NCBI GenBank assembly: GCA_013239625.1
Contig: MU053493.1
Span: 1,993,793-2,057,792, forward strand
Direction: 5' to 3'
Source of the DNA: Lama guanicoe
Lineage: Eukaryota
DNA: 64,000 nucleotides
Part shown: in pieces, positions 1-13,100 of the stretch
Layout: the number at the start of each line of letters is the position of its first letter
How positions within the stretch are numbered: the first letter of the stretch is position 1
Notes under the pieces: generated by a model
Seen by the model: only the letters and a program-made list of their open reading frames with translations
Database searches by the model: none
Told to the model about the DNA's origin: nothing
Translations under genes and position numbers: made by a program

Positions 1-1417
1 TGGTGGACTCTACTGCCTGGGATGGGGCGTCCCTCACAACAGCAGTCTGTACCCCAAGGTGGGCCCCAGATCCGGTGAGGAGATGGGCCAGCCTTTGATA
101 AACCTCCTCTGGGACATGGAGCGAGACAGGAGCGTGAACCTTGGGGAGGTCCGGGAGCTGACCAAGGTCACCCTGGGGAACGGGCAAGGGGGCATTAGGA
201 GACAGAGGCCTCAGAAGGCTGACCCCTCATCCCCAGGGATAGGGGCCACAGAGTGCCACGTGAACCCCCGCCCCATGGACATGGCAAGGGGACACTTGCC
301 GAGGACTGGCTGAGAGTGTGGGATGGGCTGTTACTCCAGGGCTTCTGGGACCACCTGCACTTTCCCCCAGAACAGAGTGGCGGTGGGGAGGTCATACTGA
401 GGGGCTGTGCTTACCCTGCAGGCTTAGGCTCACATCTTCCCCACTGGGGCAAGGCTCTGGAAAGGCACCCCTTCCTCCCAGTTCATGCTCCTTTCCTCCA
501 GACACGGATGGCAGAGATGGGGCTAAGACTTGTGGGAAGTCCACCAGCATGCTGTGGGGGTCACCAGGTGTCCATTTGTGGGGGACAGCATCTGTGACCT
601 ACACAGACTGGGCGACCGGGCTCTGGAGGGGCTGAGGGGGCAGTGCCTTGGGTCCAGTTCCCTGAGGGTCTAGTTGAGGCATCCACAAGTGTTATCAGAG
701 ATTCCTGGAGGAAGCACCAAGGGGAGGGGCTGTATCCTCTGGGCACAGCTGGGGAGGATGTCAGAGTCAATGGGGAGAATGGGGGTTCCAGAGCAGTGGT
801 GTCATGATGCCTGGGGTCCCCCAGATCTGTGCTGTCAGGACGGGAGCTGACCTGGGGCACTCCTGAGTTGGGACCTGCCAGGGCCCGTTGTTACTAATGT
901 TAGTTTTCTTTGAAACTTCAGAATATTTCACCATGTTCTAAAGCACATCATAGAATCGACTTCTGTACAAGTGCTGTGGTTCTGGTGTGAAGAGATGGTT
1001 GTTGCTTTTTGCATCTGCAGTGTCCTGGCATGTAGGTCTGTCTGCTGTGTGAACCCTGGATGTGGCTCTTCAGGCTAAAGGGCACAGGCTGGGACTGATT
1101 TTGGAGCTTGAGTCTAAGGTCCATGGAGCTGAAGTTTGTTCGAATGAAAGTGTAACGTACAGATATCTTTCCAGGCATCCCCAGCTCGCAGTGCCCGGGC
1201 AACTGGAGTGGGGACGCAGGCAGGAGCTGGGACCCCCATTTCTAGGGCTCTGCTGACATTGGGGTGAGAGGCCAGTGAGACTTCTCCCACCCCCACGGGC
1301 ATGTACGTTGGACCCAGAACCCTGGGTTTTGGGGCTCCAGTCCTGAAAGCAGTGGTAGGCCCTTAGAGGCTTCAAGCAGGGGAGGGAGAATGATCATGTT
1401 TCTGGTCTCAAGGCCCT

Positions 1418-1438
1418 CTCAGCACCATGGAGAGCAGC
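1418..1438 (+). promoter_or_regulatory. RE1/NRSE (REST) motif candidate
   Basis: CTCAGCACCATGGAGAGCAGC fits the RE1 consensus TCAGCACCnnGGA(C/G)AG with canonical 2-nt spacing. Confidence 0.65.
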
Positions 1439-1456
1439 CTGTGGGCAGCAGATCCC

Positions 1457-1813
1457 TGTCTCTATCCTGGCAGCTGAGACAAAGCATCACATTCTAGGTG
1501 GCATGTAAACAACAGAAAAGTGTTGCTCACGATTCTAGAAGCTGGAAGCCAGCTCAGGGGCCAGCATGGCTGCGTCTGGTGAGGGCCCTCTCCTAAGCTG
1601 CAGACGGCTGCCTTCTCTGTCCTAACCTGGCAGAAGGGGGCAAGGGTGCTGTCTGGGATCTCTCTGATTAGGGCACTGATCCCACTCAGGAGGGCTCCAC
1701 CTTCGTGACCTAATCACCTATCCAAGACCCCACGTCTTACTACCTGTCACACTAGGGGTTGAGATTTAACATATGAATTGGGGATCAGGGGACACAGACA
1801 CACAGTCCACTGT
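1457..1813 (-). mobile_element. MLT1A-like ERVL-MaLR solo LTR
   Basis: The reverse complement matches MLT1A-type motifs: aattcatatgttaaat, gattaggtcacgaaggtggagccctc, gggccctcaccagac, cttctagaatcgtgag, tctgttgttta. Confidence 0.85.
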
Positions 1814-4030
1814 GATTCACATGGGCTGGTTGAAGATGGTTGTCACTGACCAGAGAGAATGGGATGATGGTGGTGGCAGAACTGGGGAAAGTGGACAGAC
1901 TCCTGTTCAGTTTAGTGGTGAAATGGACAGGACTTGGGAGGGGGTGGATATGGGGTGAAGACTGGCCTCGCTGGGTGGGTGGCCAGGTTGCTTTGAGATC
2001 AGGGCTGGGGAGGTAACCAGATTGGCGTGGAGAAGGGTCAGGGTTTGCTTTGGGTGTGTTGAGATGGACATCCCTTGGGGCCCTTCCAGGGGAGCCACAG
2101 GTGGATGTTGAGGGTGTGGGGCTGGGGTTCAGACTGCTACCATGTCCTTTGCAAGTCTGTGGACATAGAAACCCAGCTGCCCTGTGTGCATTGTGGTGTC
2201 CACGAGTGGTGGTGACAGTGGCCAGGCTGGGATGGGCTGAGGAGGGAGTGTGGACACAGACAGGCAGATCTTTGTAGACACTGGGCTTCCAGAGGGAGGA
2301 GAGTGGGGGAGCCCACTGAAGGCAGGACTGTGGTGAAGGAGGGTTTGACTCTGCCTGGGGAGACTGGAGGATATTTCAAAGTCATGGGGAGACCTGAGAT
2401 GGGACTTGGTTTAGTGCACAGTGGGAGACATGGGATCCCGAAGGGAGAGGGATGGGGTCTCAGGTGATCCTTAGACCCCAGGTAGGGACCTCACTGCCTC
2501 CAGGGAACCCCAAAGAGGGGCTGGTCAGACGCCCACCACACGGGGGCATTGGCGTATTTGGGAGCAGGTGATGCTCTGTCGAGGACAGACCGGGAGAGGC
2601 AGCCAGAAGTTCAAGGGGCTGGAGAAAGGAATGAAATAGCCTGCACGGAGGGCAGAGGGAGAGCTTCCCAGAGATGCCTGTCAGGGTTGCCAAGGAGTTC
2701 TGTGGGCACTGAAGGCCATGAATTTGTAATGGAACCACTGCCTTACTGGGTGGGGAGGGGGGATGGTGTTTCCAGCCTCAGGGCCCAAGGAAACGTCGTT
2801 GCAGTTTTGCCGAACCCCTAGGGCAGACAGATAGGATGTGGGGGCACGGGGTCAGAGGTCTGGGGCAGGTGGTACTGAGCTGGTGGGTGAGGTGTCCAAG
2901 GTGGATGAGTGGACAGTCTCAGAAACAGGGTGGGTCAGAAGTGAGACCATGGAACCCTGGCTGAAGGTTGGGTTGGCAGGAGGCTGCTGGTCCTGAGGGC
3001 GGGGGGATCCATGGCACAGCCAGCTCTGTGGACACCGGAGGGGCTCTGGGCAGGCCAGTTCAAGATGGAAGGACGCCCAAGAGCCAAGGCCAAGGTGTCC
3101 AAGAAAAGGGCTCTGGCTGGAGGTGGGCAGTGAGAGAGAGGCTGAGTGATGTCCTGCAGGTTGGCAGACTGTGGACTGGGGGCCAGATTCCCCTGGCACC
3201 TGATCTTGTGTCCCAAGCATTGCTGGGGCACAGGCAGGCCTGCTTTCATGCTACAAATGCAGAGGTACACTGCAGAGCCAAAGGTCTCCTCCATCTGGCC
3301 TTTTGCAGAAGAGGCTGGCTGACTCTCACCTCGAGCTGCCCGTGCAGTCCAGGAGCCCCTAGCCACACCTGGCTGCTTCTGTGCATATGACTTTGGATTG
3401 CAATACAATGTTAAAATTCAGTTCCTCTGGTGCACTAGCCTGTTTGGGTCCTCAAAAGCCACCTGAGGCCAGTGGTTCCCGTAGTAAACAGCGCCAAGAT
3501 GGAACCTTCCAGGTCAGGCTGTTGACAGCTCTGGCCTCGGACAGCAGGGCGAACCAGGATCACATTCCCCAGCCTGGACCTGGGCTGTACTGAAGGGGAG
3601 GGGCCCCACAGGCCTTGTGGGAAGGCTGCGGCACGCCAGGCACTGCGGTGCAGAAGCCGAGTGGGTGGAGGGCAGTGAGCAGTCTCCCATTACCGTCCTG
3701 ACGACCGAGGGCTCTGGGGCAGGCGTGGGGATATCCGGGAAAGGGCGCCTCTGGGATTGCAGCATGTGGTGTCCCCTTGGAGGCCCAGGTGCCTTGAGTG
3801 ACTGCTGCCTGGGATGCCAGACTTGTCCCCCTGACACCGCGGGTGCGGGGTTTCCTGGCCCGGGTGTCGATTCATTGCAGTTACTTGCACGGTGCCCCAT
3901 GGAGGAACCAGGGCGGGAGACCCGCCTCCGACCGCTGGCTGCAGACGACGACCACGAGGTCATGGTTCTGCCTTCTCCACCGCCTCGTTCCTCTGTGGTC
4001 CAGGGAGCTGATAATTGTTGCCATCTTCAG

Positions 4031-4176
4031 TTCCAGGCCCCTGTGAACCAGAAGACCTCATTGATGGGATCATCTTTGCTGCCAACTACCTGGGGTCCAC
4101 GCAGCTGCTCTCTGAACGGAATCCTTCCAAAAACATTCGAATGATGCAGGCACAGGAGGCCGTCAGCCGGGTCAAG
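4031..4176 (+). CDS. APBA2: APBA2 exon, start of PTB domain (146 nt)
   Basis: ttcag|TTCCAGGC...GTCAAG|gtaggg; encodes [23 protein letters not shown]...VSRVK. Confidence 0.97.
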
Positions 4177-7100
4177 GTAGGGGTGGCCCAGGAGTGCCCT
4201 GGTTTGCTTCAAGGAGCACTAGGGAGGGGAGGGCGACTCGGCACAGGCCCTCTATCCAGCTCTGACCCCAAAGCCCTTGGCACGGAGAGCAGAAACGTCT
4301 GTGGTGCCTGGCAAGGCAAAGGGAGACTTGGCCTCGGATGGGAGAACAAGCACATGGGATCACCTGGTTTTGGTGGCGGGTGGGTGGAGCCTGGAAAAGG
4401 GAAGGCGGGGCCAAGTCAGCAAAGCCAGTGGGGTCGGTGCGAGGGGTGCAGTGGCCTGCGGAGGTGCCCTCTGGGCAAAACAGGGTCTATGGACACCCGC
4501 CCCTGTAGGGTGAGAAGGGATGCCAGCCCCTCCCCATCCTCATCATACTCTGACCTCCTCATCCGAGCAAAGGGGCTCCAGGAAGGAGCCCAGTGCTGTG
4601 GTCAGGACAGAAGAAAGCATCCAGGGGCAGCGTGGAGCCCTGACTGTCCCCTGCCCAGTCCCCAGCCCCCAGCCCCCAGCCCTGATGCTCTCTTAGTCCC
4701 AGGGCCTGCCCTCTTATCCGGTCCCCAGGGCTCCCGCGCGGACCCAGTGGTTATCAGGAATTTTCACGCAAGCTCCCGTGGTGGGGGTGGGGGGATGCAG
4801 GGCTTCCCGCAGGGCTTCCACGGGACTCTTGCCTACAAGACTGAAACAGCTCTTCCTTCGCTTTTTGCCCACTTGTTTTTCTTTTCTCTTCCACGCTGCT
4901 CAGAGGATGCAAAAGGCTGCTAAAATCAAGAAAAAAGCGGTGTGTAGAGTGTGGGGTTCGCTTGTCTATCTCTGGCTCATCCGGTGCAGTGGGGGAGGAG
5001 GGAGGGAGGGTCCCCTGGGGTCAGAAATGCTGTGGCTAGTGAGTGTTTTCCTCCTCCCTGGGTAGGTGCTAGACTTCCGAATGCAATCACGACACCTTTT
5101 GTTGTTTTTACCACCCCCTTACAGAAGAATTTAATAGTTGCCCTTTTGCATTTTTCTCTTTCTGCGTGTCTGTGAGCTAGAGAGCGTGTTATTGTCATGA
5201 TGCTGCTGTTTCGAGTAGACGTTCTTAAATGTGGCATTTGCTAGGACCATGTGACTCATTTCTTTCCGAGGCCCCCTGTACAGAATTAATTACATGGTTG
5301 TGACATTTAAAGACGCATGAAGTTTAATTTCCTGAATCAGGCTGATAAGATGTTCAGTTTGCCCGGGAGATGCTCTCTCTATTGAGAAGTTTCTAGAGCA
5401 GACTTAAAAATCTCAAGTTGGCCTTCAGTGATTGGCTCCTCAGCCTGATCATTTGGTAAATACTGGCTATATTCTGACTATCCTCTCAAGGTGGGAAATA
5501 GCAAATGCTTGGTGTTGGAGGGCACTGACTGCCCTGGCTTGTAGATTTAACAGCGAGAGAGTTAGTTCTCTGTCCCCACCAGGAACACCGCATTCTGGCA
5601 ATGTGGCCAGAGAATCTTGTCTGGGGTCTCCCTTCCCCCTGCGGCCAGCCCTCTCTCCCTGTGATATTTGCAGAACGGTCAGGGTGGACCACAGCCTGCT
5701 CCTCGGGTCTGCAGTCTGGAGAGCCCAGAGGGGGCCGGCGCAGGCAAGACAGCCTCAGCGGCCGGCCGAGGCCAGCCTATTACCTCCAGGAAGGATTGTT
5801 CTTTCTCTCAGGCAGGAAGGTGCTCAGGGTCATTGCCAAAGGCCCCTTTCCTGGTTGGCCCGCAGCTGGGCAGGCCGATGATGACTGGAAGGTCTCCCTG
5901 AGTCAGCATGTCCTCCCGCCACGGACTCACTGGTGACTGGGGCTGTGCTCCCCATCTATAGATGTGCAAGCCCCCCAGTTGTCTGAGGTCCCCCTCCCTT
6001 CTTCCCGCAGGGAGTATGATGGGATGGCCTCTCTGTTCCCTGTTACTGAACAGACTTCAGTCTCCTCCATTGACCCCCACCTGGAGCCCAGTCACCCCCA
6101 AGCTTGCTCCCTCTTCTCCTGTCAAGTGTATCACAGGCTCATGTGTCCCCCCAAACTGTCACTAAAACCAGGGTCCACCTGCAACTGTTGTTTTACTTCT
6201 GGCCGGACCTGCCTTTTGGAAAGAAGGTTTTGAGCCATAATTCCAGAAAATAACCTTGAAAAGCATGGGGATGGAGACTGTAACCCGATTTTTTTTTAGC
6301 ATTGTTTTTTTATTGACGTATAGTCAGTTGACAATGTTGTGTCAATTTCTGGTGTCCAGCATCATGTTTCAGTCATACATGCACATACATGTATTCCTTT
6401 TCATATTCTTAACTAGATTTTTAAAAACAGAGAAAAAAGAAGTTTCTCCGATGTCCTGCAGACTGTTTCAGCTGCATTAGTTTGGACTCTCTTCTGTTAA
6501 TAGTCAGTTAAAAGCCGTGTCCCCCGTGGTGGGCTGAGGGCCCCAAAGACCTTTTCCCTTGAAAACTGAGTGAAAATCCAAATTTGTCATTGCAGTAGAG
6601 GGCCTCTCTGTGACTCAGAATTCCTGAGGAATGGTCAGCAAGGGGGGTTTGGTTTCAGATTTCCTAGCGAGAAATTAAATCACGACTTCTGCTCCTGTGA
6701 AGTGGAAGGTAGACTACTCTGGGCCCCTGAGTAACCACAGAGAATTCTTCACCTCAGTGGAAGAACCAGAGAACTTGTATCTCATCGTCCCTGTGCAGGG
6801 GGAGTTAGCATTCCCACAGGTGTAGAAACCTATGAAAGGCCGTCCTGGTTTGGGGCAGACCCTGTAGTGCCCTCAGCTTCCAGAACGTTCCTTTATACAT
6901 AACTAGCGGCCATATGATGGGTATCCTCGGGAGATTACAGAAGGGGCATTTGTGAGACAGCTTCTCCAGTGTCCTGTGAGGGCAGCGCCTGGTCCGCTCA
7001 AGGCCTTGTTTTCAGGGTTTTTGGAAGAGTGGGTCCAGTGCTGCCAGCAGGTTGACATGACTGTGACTTTTTTTTTTAATTTTTTTTTTTACTGCAGTGT

Positions 7101-10100
7101 AAATGTTGTGTTAGTTTCAAGTGTGCAGCATCGTGATTCAGCTATACACACATACATGTTCCTTTTCACATTCTTTTCCATTGTAGGCTGTCACTAGGTA
7201 TTGAATAGAGTTCCCTGTGCTATGCAGTAGGATCTCGTTGTTTGCCTGTTTTATATACAGTAGTCTGTATCTGCAAATCCTGAACTCCCGATCTACGGCT
7301 GTGACTTTAAACCAGAAGGAGATGCAGATATTCTAATCCCCCTTCTTTGAAAATGTCTTCCCCCCTCCTGGGGAGACTCGGAATCCCCAGTCCAAGAAAG
7401 GGAGCTCCTGCACACAGACCCGTGTGTTCGCCGTGTTCGGGAAGGGTGGGCAGGCAGGCCGGAATCTCAGGGGGTCAAGGGGCCGCACTTTGGATGCTGT
7501 GACACAGACCCGCTTGGTGCTCAGCCTCCCGGAGGCGGTCCCCTCGCTCCTCGCCGTGCCCTGTGCCGGCTGCCTGGAGAACTCGCTCAGCTGCGGATGC
7601 GCTGGGAGGAGGCCTGCACTTAGACTCCCATGGCTGCTCCTGCCGGAGGAGCTCTTCCCTCTAGGGGCGCTCAGGGTCCTCGGTAAGACTGTCAGGCCTT
7701 TGTTTGAATTAGTTTCTTAAAAGGTCTGTAACAGTCTCCACCATCCTTCCTTAGAACTCTGAGGGCGATGCCCAGACTCTGACCGAAGTGGACCTCTTCA
7801 TCTCCACCCAGAGGATCAAGGTGTTAAATGCGGACACACAGGTGAGTGCTGAGAGCCGGCTGTTTAAAATCGGATCGGGGACTCCCGGAGAGCCAGGTCC
7901 AGCCGCCGGACTCCCTGTGGCGGGGATGAGAAGGCTGTCCCCGAGGACAGTCACCCCAGACCCTGCTGTGGGGCAGAGGGGGAGCCATGGGGGCTGGCTG
8001 TCCAGGGCGGGTGGGCAGTCGGTGACTGATGCTGCCATGGGGATGCGATGCGGGAGAGGCGAGGGCCGGAGTTGTGCACTCACCCGTGGGATTCTAGAAC
8101 AGCCCTCTGGAAGCCCCTGCGTGCCAGGCTGGGGAGTGGAGCTGGAAGGAGGAATCCTGGGTGGCCTTCGGCCCCCAACGGGAAGGGGTCCTGAGATGTA
8201 GACTGTGTGCCCAGCTCGTGTCTGACCTCGATTCTGCAGGGAACCTGCTGTTGTGGGGAGACAGGGAAGCCGACACAGGAGCCAGATAGAGAGGACTGTG
8301 AACCCGGGAGAGGGTGGAGGGGAGCCCTGGCACGGGTGGGATGGAGGGAGGGGCCGGTGCACGAAGTGGGGTGGCCCTGGGAACAGAGGGGAGGGGATGG
8401 ATGAGGACAGCCAGATGCTGGGGTGACAGCCCCTCCCTTATTTGCTGTCGGCAAGTGGATCCGTGTGGCAACACCGGGGCACCCAGTCCCCCGGCGCCCT
8501 TTGCCCAGTGGCATTAGCATCCAGCGAGGATCTCGTCATGGTTGACTACGATGTTGCAAATGCAAAATGGTGATTTTCTAATTGTCACGCTTCCTACTTA
8601 TCTAATGTGCTTCTGTGAAGAAGATCTTCTTTTTGCTTTTCCTCTCTCTTTTTCGCTTTCTTTTCACTGTGAACCCGTGCATTTTTTTTTTAACTTGTAT
8701 TATAATATCTTACCATCCTTATTCGTTTGGGTGCTCGGATTATCCCGGATCTGGCCAGGGACCCTCCTACTGGCTCTTGTGTCATCTTGGTGTCCTAATT
8801 TCTGCCTCTGAACACGTCCCTGCTTCCTGAGACCATAAGATGTTCTGAAGTTTCCTTGACCTTGCCCTGCCCCAGACCTGGAACCAGCCATTTCTTCCAG
8901 GAGCCGCGGCTCATTTTAGCCGGTGTGACGTGCGGAAATGAGACCTGGGTGCTGGCTGTGCCCCTTGTCGCTGGGGTGTCATCGACCCTGGGCCCTCGAC
9001 ATGGACAGAGCTGGACAATATATGTATTTCTAGGCTGGGAGTTCTTATCTGTACGACCTGTTCGAGACCAGCACCGCCGAGTCAGCCATCCCACAGTCTA
9101 GACTGCGGCTCCCAACATCTGGGGGGCTTTTTTTGCTTGTTCTCTCCTGGTGTAGACAGTGCCTATCACTGGGCTGCTGGGAGCAGCAGAAGAGGGCTCT
9201 CAGGTGGCAGATGCGCTGGCTGTCACCCCCCTCCAGGGCCTGGTGGGCAGGAAGACCTGACACCTGGGGGACAGAGGAGCCACCTCCTGCCACAGCCCAC
9301 TCCCAGCACCCTGCTGCCTGCCCGTCCTCGGGGACATCCCACCGTGGGCACTGCCCTTCCTCCTACGGGTCCATCCCCGTGTCCAGCCTGTGCCTTGTCC
9401 CACTGGTCTTTGTGTCCTGCTAACCTCCACACCAGGGCCGTGCACTGGGCGGGACGGCAGGAAGCCACCTGACTGGGTCAGGAGTAGGACTTCTCAGACT
9501 CACACTTTGTTTCCTGGTGTTTCGTGGGCAAACCGTCTACGCTTGCTCCTCCCTCCCACTCCTCTGGCCCCCAGCCCTCACCTCCCCACCTGCCGGGGGC
9601 CCCCAGGACCACCCCAAGGGCAATCAGTTGAGAAGAGGCCTCCCAGGCTGTGCCTTGCTGCGACCACAGGATACGGAGCAAAACCAGCAAAGGAGCAGAT
9701 GTGCGGGGCTTAGCCCCGGGAAACACGAGTCCTCTCCCGGGGAGGTCGGGAGGGATGCACTGAACTGTGCATCCAGCAATGAGCTGTGACAGCTTGTGTG
9801 AAGTGCGGGCCACCAGGGGTGCTTGGAGTGCATCGGCGCCCAAGGTCTTTGCTGGACTTGGTCACACACCTCTCCTGCCAGGTATCCACGTTCCAGACTC
9901 CCAAAGGCGAGCAGGGGTTCAGGCTGGGCCGCGCTGCCTGCCCTAATGTCTCAGGTGTGCCGAGCTACTCTTAGCAGGTCAGGTGGCGGACACCCTCCTG
10001 AAATCCAAGTCCCCAGAGGGGCCGAGGGCCACCTGCAGGCAAGTCTTTCCAAAGGTGGTGTCGGGCCCCCTCTCACCAATGCTCCGGCAAGTGCTGCAAC

Positions 10101-13100
10101 CCAGCGGCAGGACCGGGGGCCTGGGAGGGGGAACTGGGCCACCCCTGTGGGCTCGAGGCCTCGGACAAGTTCCCGAACATCTTGGAGCCCCATTGACTCT
10201 CCAGGAGAGCCTCACACTGGGCCCTGCAGAGGGTACACGAGGAGGCTCCATGCGGGGCTCACACCTGCCGGCCCCTCCCTGTCGGCCCGCCCTTCACTCC
10301 TTCCAGGTCTTTGGTGTCTAAACAGGGCCTGACATTAAAGCCGTCACCAAGGACAGGGCATCAACTCACGAGAGTGGACAGAGCCAGAGGCTGCGATTTC
10401 CTTTGCCTGCCCGTTCGAGATCAGTCCCTAGCACAATGGACTTTCCCTCCTGCCGGCCGCACGCAGCATCGTGGTTACGTTGAAATGCAGCCGTGCTGGG
10501 ACCAGCATCTTGTGGCCGGTGCCCACCTCCTGGGGACACAGCAGGGCTGGGCTGCAGTTCTGACCGTCTGTGTCTGCTCTTTGCCCTGCTGTGCTTTTCC
10601 TGCAGCCCTGCTTTCTCCGTGTCGGTCTTCAGAGTCTCTGTGGGAGTCCTAGCTGTGGGCCCCGCTCAGCTGTGCATCACAGCAACCTTGGACCTCCTGG
10701 CATCTTCCCATCCCCAAGGGGTGTGGCTCTGTTGCCATCTAGGGCCCTCTCCTCCAGGGCCCCTGCCCCGCTGCTCTCTGTCCTCACACTTTGCACCCCC
10801 AGGTCACAGCTCTTACCCTGGAGACCGTGCAGGACCCTCCAGTGGCTGCTGTAGGTGCCCATGGCTTCCCAGGTCTCTGTGGGCAGGAATGTTCCACAGC
10901 CACGGAGCAGGAGACCTCGGAGTTTCCCCTCTGTTCGGGCCATCCCAGGGACATGTGGCTGACGACTTGGATCTGGGGGAGATGAGATACTCCCCTGATC
11001 TCCAGTGGGCCAGACGTCCTGGGAGGCCAGAGGCCACCTTGGGCTCAGGTACACAGCCACGGGGTTGGCCGAAGGTGCCAGGCAGGGGGAGGGCAGAGCA
11101 GGGACAACCTCCCAGACCAGCAGCACAGGGCCCTCGACCAGCAACATCTCACCAGACTCCGCATCTGCAGCAGACTCCTGGGCAGGAGGCAAGCTGGTTA
11201 TGGTCTTCCTAGGGGCCACACTGGCGGTCTTTGAGAATCAGCTTCAAGAGTCCTCCCAATGCTCTGATCCAACCTCACCTCTGCTTGGCCGAGGTATTTA
11301 AAGGAGGTTGTCATTTCCTGTTTTCCAGTAGAAAGCTCTCAGACTTTTGGTTTGGTTTCTGGTCGCTCTGACCCATCCGGCTGCCCAGTCTCTTAACAAT
11401 CTCTCCTCACTTTGGCAATTGGTGACATGGTCTGCTGCCCAGAGTCTCACTCTGTCTTTGTTCATCTCCTCCTCCTCCCCATGTTTCTGTGCATCAGCAT
11501 GGCTGGGGTCCCCCACGTGGGGAGTCCTCATCCCCCAGGAGAGGCAGCTCCCCAGCCAGCAGGGAGAGCCTGCCCCTCCCTCCCGTGCCCACCCACCCCC
11601 TCCACCAAGCCTGTAGATGGGGTGAGAGCTGGTGGCCTTGTGCTGCATTTGCTTTGCAGGGAGCAGCTCTCTTGTGAGCAGAGCTGGTGGCCTCGTGCTG
11701 CATTTGCTTTGCAGGGAGCAGCTCTCTTGTGAGCTGGTAAGAAAAGCCCCGGGGTAGTTGGGGTCCCAGCCCCCTTAGCTGAAGAGGTGAGGAAGAGAGA
11801 GCGAGAACACGGGGTGTTTGCGCACACTGTCGGGGAACAGATCTGGGGCAATCGTTCGTTCTCCATGATGGAAACGTTGATGACTTTTCTTGCTGGAGAC
11901 CAGCTGGTGCCTGAGTCATTGCCCGCGGTTCTCAGCTGCTGGGGAACCTCTGCCATGCTGCGGGAAGTCGGGGCTGGTGGGGGAAGCAGATGTGCCCTGC
12001 TCCCGAGGAGCCCACCGTCCTACTGGGCAGATGAGACCAACCCAGCCACCTGTGTGCTCAGGAGGACATAATGGCATCCCTGAGTCAGGGAGGCCAGATT
12101 CCCTCATCTAAACACACGGGGACCCTCAGAGCTGGCCTTGGGGAGAGGGAAGGTTAAAAAGGGTTAGCGAAGGCGGGAGGCACAGCACTCCCTAAAGATG
12201 GGCTGACCAAGCACTGGCCCCCGCAGGCTCTGGGGTCGCCGAGAGTGAGGAGAAGGAGAGGTGGGAGGTCAGGAAGCTTCTGAGAGCTGTGGCCTGGTGA
12301 CCTGGCTGCGGGGCTTGGGTGACTTGTCCAGCCACGCAGAGTCTGACACCTGCGCTGGGGCACTATTGAGGATGGACTGGAGGAGAGTAGTGGCAGGAAC
12401 TTGGTTTGACGATAAAATAAAAAACATTCGCAGAAGGACTGGAGAGGTGGGAACAGATGTGGGAAACGGTGGAGGCTCACGTGGCCAGTCAGGGCCGGGG
12501 AGAGGATGGCAGACTCTGTCAGTGAGGAAGACGACTCTGCCACGGACCTGAGCTCCGAACTGGGGGAGGAGCACAGTACTGACACCGACAGATCGATACA
12601 GGTGTTCCTGAAAGTGGCCAGAAGTCAAGAGATGCTGGCGCGCCGCCCCAGTGTCCCTTCCCGAAGGGCTCTGGTGATTGTGAATCACCCTACCTCCTCT
12701 GCCGGAGAACAGAGCCGCTCCAGGAGGGCAAATACGGAGCAGGATCTGCTGCAGAAGTGAATTCAGGGAAGAAGAAAAAGGCTTCAGAAGTTGCAGAAGT
12801 GCCAGCTTTTCCTTTGTGGAGAGAGAACAAAGGCATGAAAGACAAACTGATGAGATTCTCAGAGCCTTTGTGTGCAGCCCGCTTGGGTGGGGGTCACGGG
12901 CAGGATGCTCAGGGAAGACTCCTGTCAGACGACAAAGGCTGTGGAGAGGAATGGGCCTCCCAGGCCCGAGGCAGGTCAGAGGCTGCACAGACACATCGAT
13001 CAGAGTCAGGCGAGCAGCCTCAGGGGCCCCTGACCCAGCCCAGGCTGCTTGGGCTCCCTGGGGAAAACTCAGCCGTGGGAAACACTGGCTCTGAAGCCTT

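Larger units (their letters stand above)
1340..2110. mobile_element. Degraded L2 LINE remnant interrupted by a MaLR LTR
   Basis: L2-like purine-rich motifs (tcaagcaggggagggagaatgatc; ggacaggacttgggagggggtggatatgggg; gtgttgagatggacatcc) on both sides of the LTR; recognised from memory of the consensus. Confidence 0.55.

Noticed and set aside
4015..4923. 302-aa ORF
   Set aside because: Only 4031-4176 is exonic. The rest is an open frame through a GC-rich intron bounded by canonical splice sites, with no recognisable domain.
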